Under the pieces are notes generated by a model. It did no database searches. It was not told the origin of the DNA and worked only from the letters and a program-made list of their open reading frames with translations. A DNA stretch of 52,376 bases from Amoebophrya sp. A120 (Eukaryota > Protista > Dinoflagellata): NCBI GenBank assembly GCA_905178155.1, contig CAJINV010000004.1, forward strand, positions 1,794,341 to 1,846,716, in the 5' to 3' direction. This document shows, one piece after another, positions 46,032-52,376 of this stretch (positions are counted from its first letter, which is position 1; every line of letters begins with the position of its first letter). Both the position numbers and the translations under genes were made by a program.

Positions 46032-47575
46032 CTCTCTCGTGGACCAGTATGGCAAAAGCGCAGGCTTATTGAAAGACGAGAAACGCAGCGGCAAGTTGTA
46101 CTTCAAGGCCCTCGACTTGCTACTACAGCGATATCTTCACCAAGAAGGAGAACCTCCGATGATGAAGGGTGTTGAAGCCGCCACAAGATCATCGTCCCCG
46201 AGAAAAGCAACTACTACCTGGGAACGCGCGCAGGCGTTGGTCGAAGCCGCGCACTCTCGAATATTCTCTAATCCTACAGTGGACCCACATGAGGAGCGGT
46301 TATTTCGAGAGCTCGATGCCCAGTTCGACGCGGAAGAGCGGTTAGCCGAAGGACTCGGCGACGTTGACCCGACGCTGCTAGAAAACCCGCCGCCGGGTGC
46401 TTTGGTCAGGCCGGTCTCCGCGCTCTTTGACTTGGACGAGGTGGATTCCGACGGAAGGAGAACGGGGCTGCGTGGCCGCTGGAACAGGCAGACAAATGCG
46501 GACCCGTTTCTCCTCCGCTTCACTCCAGACCTCGACGTATCCAAGAAAAAAACACCATCTCGAGCACATTTAGGAGGTTTTCGATCAGAGATTTGTCTCG
46601 CATGACAAATTTTCCTTGTATTGCAAAAACATAAGGGAGACCGCGTAAGTATAAATCTTGACTGTGATGCATTTCTGCGCATGACAAAAATTTTTGTAAA
46701 TGCAAAAACGTGCAAAATTGATTGCGATAGTGTTTTTTTCTTGCATACGACGTCCCGCACTTGCAGTACGCGATGGTTAATGTCACGCACTCCTCGGAGT
46801 TATTCCTGCAACCATATCAAATCAATGCAAATATGTCTGGGTCTGGAAGAGCGCAACGTTTGTCATGTACACTTTACATGAGCCACGATGTCCGTGATTC
46901 ATGTTCTAGCACCACAGATGAGATTTTGTGAGGGCATAATTCTGATTCCAATACCGCATGAGAAATGGCCTCTCCGCTTAGCAAAAGTTGGACCTCTTTT
47001 CCTGTTCATGCAATACAGATTTTGGTCGTAAAGTGGATGACTAATATGGGTAGACGCTGAGAGGCAAAAAGGTTCATCCAATACAGATTTTGATTTTCCG
47101 TAGGTAGAGTCCAAAGGCAGCATCACAAGTTCGTTGCAATCTTCCAGACGCAGACCCAGACATATTTGCAAAGCATAACCCGAAGCACAGCACAAAACCC
47201 AGCTCACTTCCCGCCCGGAAGCGGACCCTGGAGCTGGACTCTCTCTACAACCTCCGGGACATTATGCCTATTGCTGCTGCATCGCAGTTTGCGACTTCTG
47301 CAGATCGAGCTGTCTTCGAGGCGCCGCCAGGGCTTCACAACATGTGTGTTGAGTCGTGTGCTCTGTACATGTGGGAATACGTGAATGGGCACTTCGCGGA
47401 CACGCCGGACGATGCTGCGGATGATCCCATCTTTAGAGTATTTCTCCGGGCACGGGGAGCGCTTGTGCGGTACGCCGAAGATCCTGACTATCCCGGCGCC
47501 GTCTCCAAAGTTGGCTTTTTTGGCGACCCAGACGCTGTGGCGGAAGTCCTACACGCGCGATGGCAGGGTGATTGA
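46032..47575 (+). CDS. 3' part of the transposon-interrupted host gene (46032-46537, 46753-46814, 47183-47575)
   Basis: Two introners removed give one frame SLVDQYGK...DLDVPHLQ...LQPKHST...RWQGD*; function unknown. Confidence 0.68.
46538..46747. mobile_element. introner family C
   Basis: tatccaagaaaaaaacac / gtgtttttttcttgcata; repeat cgacg/cgacg. Confidence 0.92.
46815..47177. mobile_element. introner family B with internal expansion
   Basis: tatcaaatcaatgcaaatatgtctggg...cccagacatatttgcaaagcata; repeat aacca/acccg. Confidence 0.87.
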
Positions 47576-48235
47576 GCAACGGTCTGGTGGGGTGGATCAA
47601 TTTACTTTAGTATCTTCACCCCAGAAAAAATCCCACCTGGCGGACCTGTCTTGTTTTCCAGCAGCTCAGATCCAGACTGATTGTGATTGTCTATCAGCAT
47701 TCCGCTTGTAGTACTGATACTGTGAATAAAATGTATACTTCATATGAAGGCTTCAAGAAGTTTAAGTACTTGAATTTTTGACGTTCTCCTTCTGGTGTAC
47801 GTGAAGTAAACAGAGTTCTAGTTCTACTTGTGTTCGTGAAGTAACCGGAATTGAAGCTGAAATCGGTTCTTGATGTCATCATCCTGGTGGCCTATAGTGG
47901 ACGATGATCACGACCACTACGTCGTGAGCTTCATCATACGACATCGACAGTATAGCGCCTTTTTGCGAGTATTTGGGATGTGCCTCCCAGTCGTCGCCAA
48001 GAACCAAGAGGTCGCTTATCATGATCTCGAAAGAGATCCAACGACCAAATAATTCATCCATACGCTCATACGACATTTTAGGTCCAGGTGGTCGATCGAT
48101 CCATCTGTGTCCTCTCGGCCGACATTGGGAATAGAGATGCATTGAAAGCTGCAAGAACCTCCGTCTCTAATCTTGTGTGTGTGTCACCAGCCGCGCACTA
48201 CTTCTAAACAGCGTCCTGCTCCCGAGGAAAGAAAG

Positions 48236-51200
48236 ATGGCCTGCTCAAAAAGACCACGAGCCCCGGGAATAAATCACAAGAAGGGGTCCTCGTCGTACGG
48301 GGGCTCAATGGTTGTTTATTCTCTGTTGCCTTTATTCGCGGCGCTTCTTCAGGGCCCAGCGACCGTGCAAGGAAAGCGGTTTACTGCGTACCAGCCCCCG
48401 CGGCCACTGGGACCACACAGTCCGCGGCCGGATGAAGGAGACGACCGCACATCAGCTGCAACATCCGCGCGGCGCCATCCCACTTCACCTCAAGGAACAC
48501 CGCTTCAAAACGTCAACTGCCATGGCGCCGCTGGAACAAGAACACGAACGCATACAACACAGCGAGAAAAAAATCACATCCCGAATCAGCCACGATATCG
48601 CTCAGGACCTGCGCATTCCCCGATGCTGGGCTACAACTACGACCAATATGAACAACGGTCACGTGGATCAATGCCACCAACGTCGCCACCGCAGATGCCG
48701 AGGATCTATCAGGGCGGGCCGTACGGTTACGGCGACCATAGTTCTTATAATTTTTGGGGTGCGCAGATGCAAATGCAACACAACATGATCAACCAGTGGT
48801 CTCAGTCTCCCAACCAAGACTACCGAAATATCTCTTGGGAGCAGTTTATGGGACGTCGACTCTCAAATGTTACATAATTCATCTCAACTGTGACATAATA
48901 AATTTGTGACACAAGAATCACAAGCGGAGCAAAAGATTAAAAAAAGGGCCGCAAGCTTGCAGCACTTGTGTCACAGATTTGGCACGACAGGTTACTGGCC
49001 TGCTTAGCACTTCGAGGATCTGCCATCCTGCGAAGTAGCAGCTTCACCGTGTGCTGGCAGCTGATAGCAATCTTGCAATTGCAGCATTGCAAATTCATGT
49101 AACAGTTGCGAATGCAAGAACGCAAATGCTTGAGAGCTCCATACAGTTTGCGTACCCCCCTGTCGGAGTTGTGCCACCGAATTTCTACCCCGCCCGCGGA
49201 CACCAACTACCCTGGCAGCACGATGGAAGCGCGTTTCCGCAGCAGCCGCGAGGAGCAGGTGGAGTGCATGTGCAGCACAACCACAATGTAGGTCAAAATA
49301 ACTCACCGATAGAAGAAGTACAACAGGAAGTACAACACCATGCTCCGTTTTTACCCCACCGATCACCAGATGAGCAACAAGTAGGTGCGCAGCAACAGCC
49401 CCAGCCCCAGTTGAGCCCGTATTCGGGAAAATATGGGCAGATCGGAGGCGGCTTTCCGGGCGGCGTGGACGGGACCTCTCCTTCCGGAGGAGGTAGACCT
49501 ATTTCTACTACTACCGGACCTGCTTCCGATCATCATAATTCTAGCCGCGGGACGAGCGGGGCTGCACAACAAGGTACTAGTAGCCCGGCTCCTGCTATGA
49601 GCATTTCTCATCACAGTCCTGCAGTGGCTTTGTGGTCAAGAAGTAGACAAAACCAAAGTCAACAATCCGCTCGGGAGCAGCGGGAACAAGACCACCAGGA
49701 GCACCGCGACTCTACTGCTTGGGACAGTTTTCACGAAGATGTGTTCGTCAGGACGGGCCTGCAATTGGAGCAGCAACGAGAACAGGAGGCAGCTACGCTG
49801 CGCAATGCCGTAGCATCTTCCTCGTCCTACAACCATTGCACATTGGAGCAGCAGATACAAGAGCAGGGCCGTCGCGCCCGCCAGCGCCAGGGAATGCTGG
49901 AGACGCACCACGAGCTGCAGCGGCAGCGGTATGACAGCGCACAACTCCCCCTTTCTCTCATTTGTCATGCAAAATCCCAACTCCCTTGTGGCACTGTGAC
50001 TGTTTGCCTGACAAATTCCACATGAAGCCCAAAGCCAAACAGCACTAAATTTGGTCGTACATCAATTTGTCAAACATAGGCTTCACGTGTGCTTGTGTAG
50101 TTTCTATTGCTGTTCTTGCCATCTATGCAAATGAGGGGGAGGGCAAGTTGTGCACTCTCGTCATAAGCGGGCACTTCTCAACACAGCCCTGGAAGTCTTC
50201 CAGAACACGCGCGCGCCCGTGCAGGTGAACATGCTTGCAGGAGCTGCAGACCACGCCGAGCAAAATCAGATGAACTTTCTGCCGGAGCCCCCGCCGGAAC
50301 ATCTTCAGGGTGGAGGACTGATTTTCGGCGGCCAACAACCGTCGTGGGCGGGTGCAGCTGCTGATGGACCCGTGTATCCTGAGTAAAAACGTCCCCAACC
50401 AATACGTCAAGATGGGAAATCTGCTACACAAATCAGACAGCTTTGGCTGTTGCGCATGACAAGTTGCGCCTTGTAGTGTAGTCCTGCTTAGGTAGTTCAG
50501 CAGCGTCACAGATCTAGCCTGCTATGCTGAACGGAGCATGACAAATTCCGAAGCACGACTAGAAAATGCCTCTCATGGGGCTCTGCATGAGAAACATCAT
50601 CAGCATGCAGATTTGCATGACAGCTATGGGGTGGGGACGTTTTTACACAGGATACCGCGCGAGGTGACTCTAATATTATCCCACAGCAGGAGCACCACCT
50701 GCAGCAGGGACAAGAAATGCTCGCTCAAGGCGGAGACGCACTGGCACTGCAGAGAGATCATTCATCTCCTCCCATCGACTACGCGCGTAGAGCGCCGGTC
50801 GACGTGCAAGAACATCTTAGTAAAGCAGGTGAAGATCATCTCCAACAGCTTGACAAAAGCTCTGCGCAGTTATCCGATCCCTCCCCAAAACAGTCGTCCA
50901 CGCCGGAAGATACTTGTTTCCTGTGTTGCTGCGAAGAGGAACTCGGGAATCCGTTGCTGAAGTTATGGCGTTCTCAAACATTACACTCTCAACTGTTACA
51001 TGATTTGTCATGCAAAATCACAATTAGTATTGATACGATCAAGCTGCTCCGCATGACAAATTCTCGAAGAGCCAAACAGGCTCGGGATCTGTGCCAAGTC
51101 TGTCATGCTAGACGCGCAAGGTCACCCCTTTGACTTTTGCCATTCTTGCATCACAAATTCATGTAACAGTTGAGAATGTAACAGTTGAGAACGCCATAGA

Positions 51201-52324
51201 AGTTCTGCCCAACCTGCAAGGCCAAAATCCACGGACCCTGTTGGGCCATGTACCGCCAGCAGCAGCGAAGTAATCCGGGTGGCGCCGGTGCTTCAGCTAG
51301 TAGTACTACTTCTGGTCGTGGAGGTGCTGCGCACCATAACATTGACCCGTGTCCGCATTGCCAACAACCGCTTTTCGGTGCCACCGCGGAGGCCCACCTG
51401 GGACTTTTCACCTCCAAAGCAGTACAACCGTTTGGCCGCAATAAAGGGGCTGGGGCTGGGGCTCTAACATCGCCCAAGGTCTGGCTGGCCACTGCGAAAA
51501 AACAACTCGGGGAAAGGAAGAGAAAAAATAAGATGAAGCGAGCATGTGGACTTTTAATATGCTCTGGAGGTCGTGGAGCAGCATGTGCAGGAGATGTTGA
51601 CAGGGGCGGCTGCGACAATCGTACCATGCAGAGCTCCGGGCGACGCGGTTGGGGAGTACTAGAAGTAGAACAGCAGCGAGCTTCATCCGGTAGAAATGCC
51701 GCGACCAGCCAGGAGAACTTACTCCTGCTGCAGCCCAAATTTCGCTCCCTATTGGCGCACAACTACCGTAAGATTTTGCGGGACGAAGAGAGACAGCAGA
51801 GAGGGCCGCGAGGGATTCTCGATAGCGATACGGTGCGTGACTGGCAAAATAAGTCACGGTCGTGCGCATCTTCTTTCAACAATAGCGTGGTCGACCCAGA
51901 GGGGGTAGAGGCTGAGATAGTACAACAAGAACAGACTGAAACTGGCACGACGTCCAGACTCGCAAACTCCCCAAGGAGGAGCAGCTTCAGCCACGCCCGC
52001 AGCTTTGATACTACTTGCCCCGAAGGAGCGACTGGACGACCGCACCAGCCGAGGACCACACGAGAAATTGTATCCCTAGACGAAGCTTGGCAACATCCTT
52101 TGACTGCAACTTCTCCATCCAGGTCCGGTCTTCGTCAGAACCTCAGAACTGATTCGTTCGTCGAACCTGTGGTAAGTGATACCGTATCAACTCATCTGGT
52201 AACCAAATGCGTGCGCGCGCGCGCGCAGAGCGCGCGCCGGCCCACGAAGCCGGCGCGCGCGCTCTGCGCGCTTGCGATATTGCTTAGCAAACGCAGCGCG
52301 AAGGCAGTTGCCGTTACCATATAG
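48236..52324 (+). CDS. ~1,000-aa protein with N-terminal hydrophobic segment, Q-rich regions and RING-variant (C4HC3) finger; 3' end uncertain
   Basis: Exons 48236-48846, 49149-49929, 50171-50374, 50660-50963, 51204-52324. CFLC..CPTCKAKIHGPCW..CPHC is only complete after splicing. A GTAAGT at 52172 may start a further intron. Confidence 0.8.
48847..49143. mobile_element. introner family I (reverse orientation to 50964)
   Basis: tatgg...ccata ends; repeat cagtt/cagtt; interior aligns in reverse with 50964-51198. Confidence 0.87.
49930..50165. mobile_element. introner family G
   Basis: tatgacagcgcacaact / agttgtgcactctcgtcata; repeat agcgg/agcgg. Confidence 0.9.
50375..50654. mobile_element. 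introner family H
   Basis: tatcctgagtaaaaacgtcccca / tggggacgtttttacacaggata; repeat ccgtg/ccgcg. Confidence 0.92.
50964..51198. mobile_element. introner family I
   Basis: Perfect TIR tatggcgttctcaa / ttgagaacgccata; repeat gaagt/gaagt; splits the RING-variant finger. Confidence 0.93.
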
Positions 52325-52376
52325 GGCAACCGCCGGGAGGCGTGAAGGTCAGGGAAATGGCCAGAAATGAAGCGGG

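Noticed and set aside
5904-47207. Recurring ORF peptides such as ANMSGSGR, FQTQTYL, YPVQKYRTR and LYECDTF as a protein repeat family
   Set aside because: They are translations of introner ends; ORF starts and stops such as 10672, 9397 and 16662 are artefacts of reading into the inserts.
6121-51198. Recurring repeats read as a CRISPR array or bacterial REP/IS elements
   Set aside because: They are dispersed 100-400-bp TIR elements inside eukaryotic genes, with no regular repeat-spacer period and no cas genes.
1-52376. tRNA, rRNA or snRNA genes
   Set aside because: None recognised by eye; a covariance-model search would be needed to exclude them.

Overview
Eukaryotic (protist-like) genomic DNA. 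Its architecture matches what is reported for the parasitic dinoflagellate Amoebophrya; this is inferred and not provable from the window. All host genes lie on the + strand. They are interrupted by 39 short transposon-like inserts (38 complete, 109-405 bp, more than 10 sequence families). Almost all start and end with TA, carry terminal inverted repeats (TIRs), are flanked by a 5-bp direct repeat and lack GT-AG ends. For every complete insert, removing it plus 5 nt restores the host reading frame, so they behave as non-canonical introner-type introns. Rebuilt genes are a >=2,800-aa IQ-repeat protein, an 84-aa RIIa/Dpy-30-like protein, a C2-like + 2xFN3 protein, a RING/TRAF-zinc-finger protein and a RING-variant protein. 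Two large mobile elements are present. One is a decayed Ty1/copia LTR retrotransposon (1-5970, minus strand) inserted inside one of these introns. The other is an 11.15-kb TIR element with an 8-bp target duplication (34871-46023), inserted in a coding exon. It encodes a ~1,400-aa hAT-like DDE transposase and an 814-aa unknown protein, both themselves split by the non-canonical introns. All gene models were spliced by hand and are not confirmed by transcripts.
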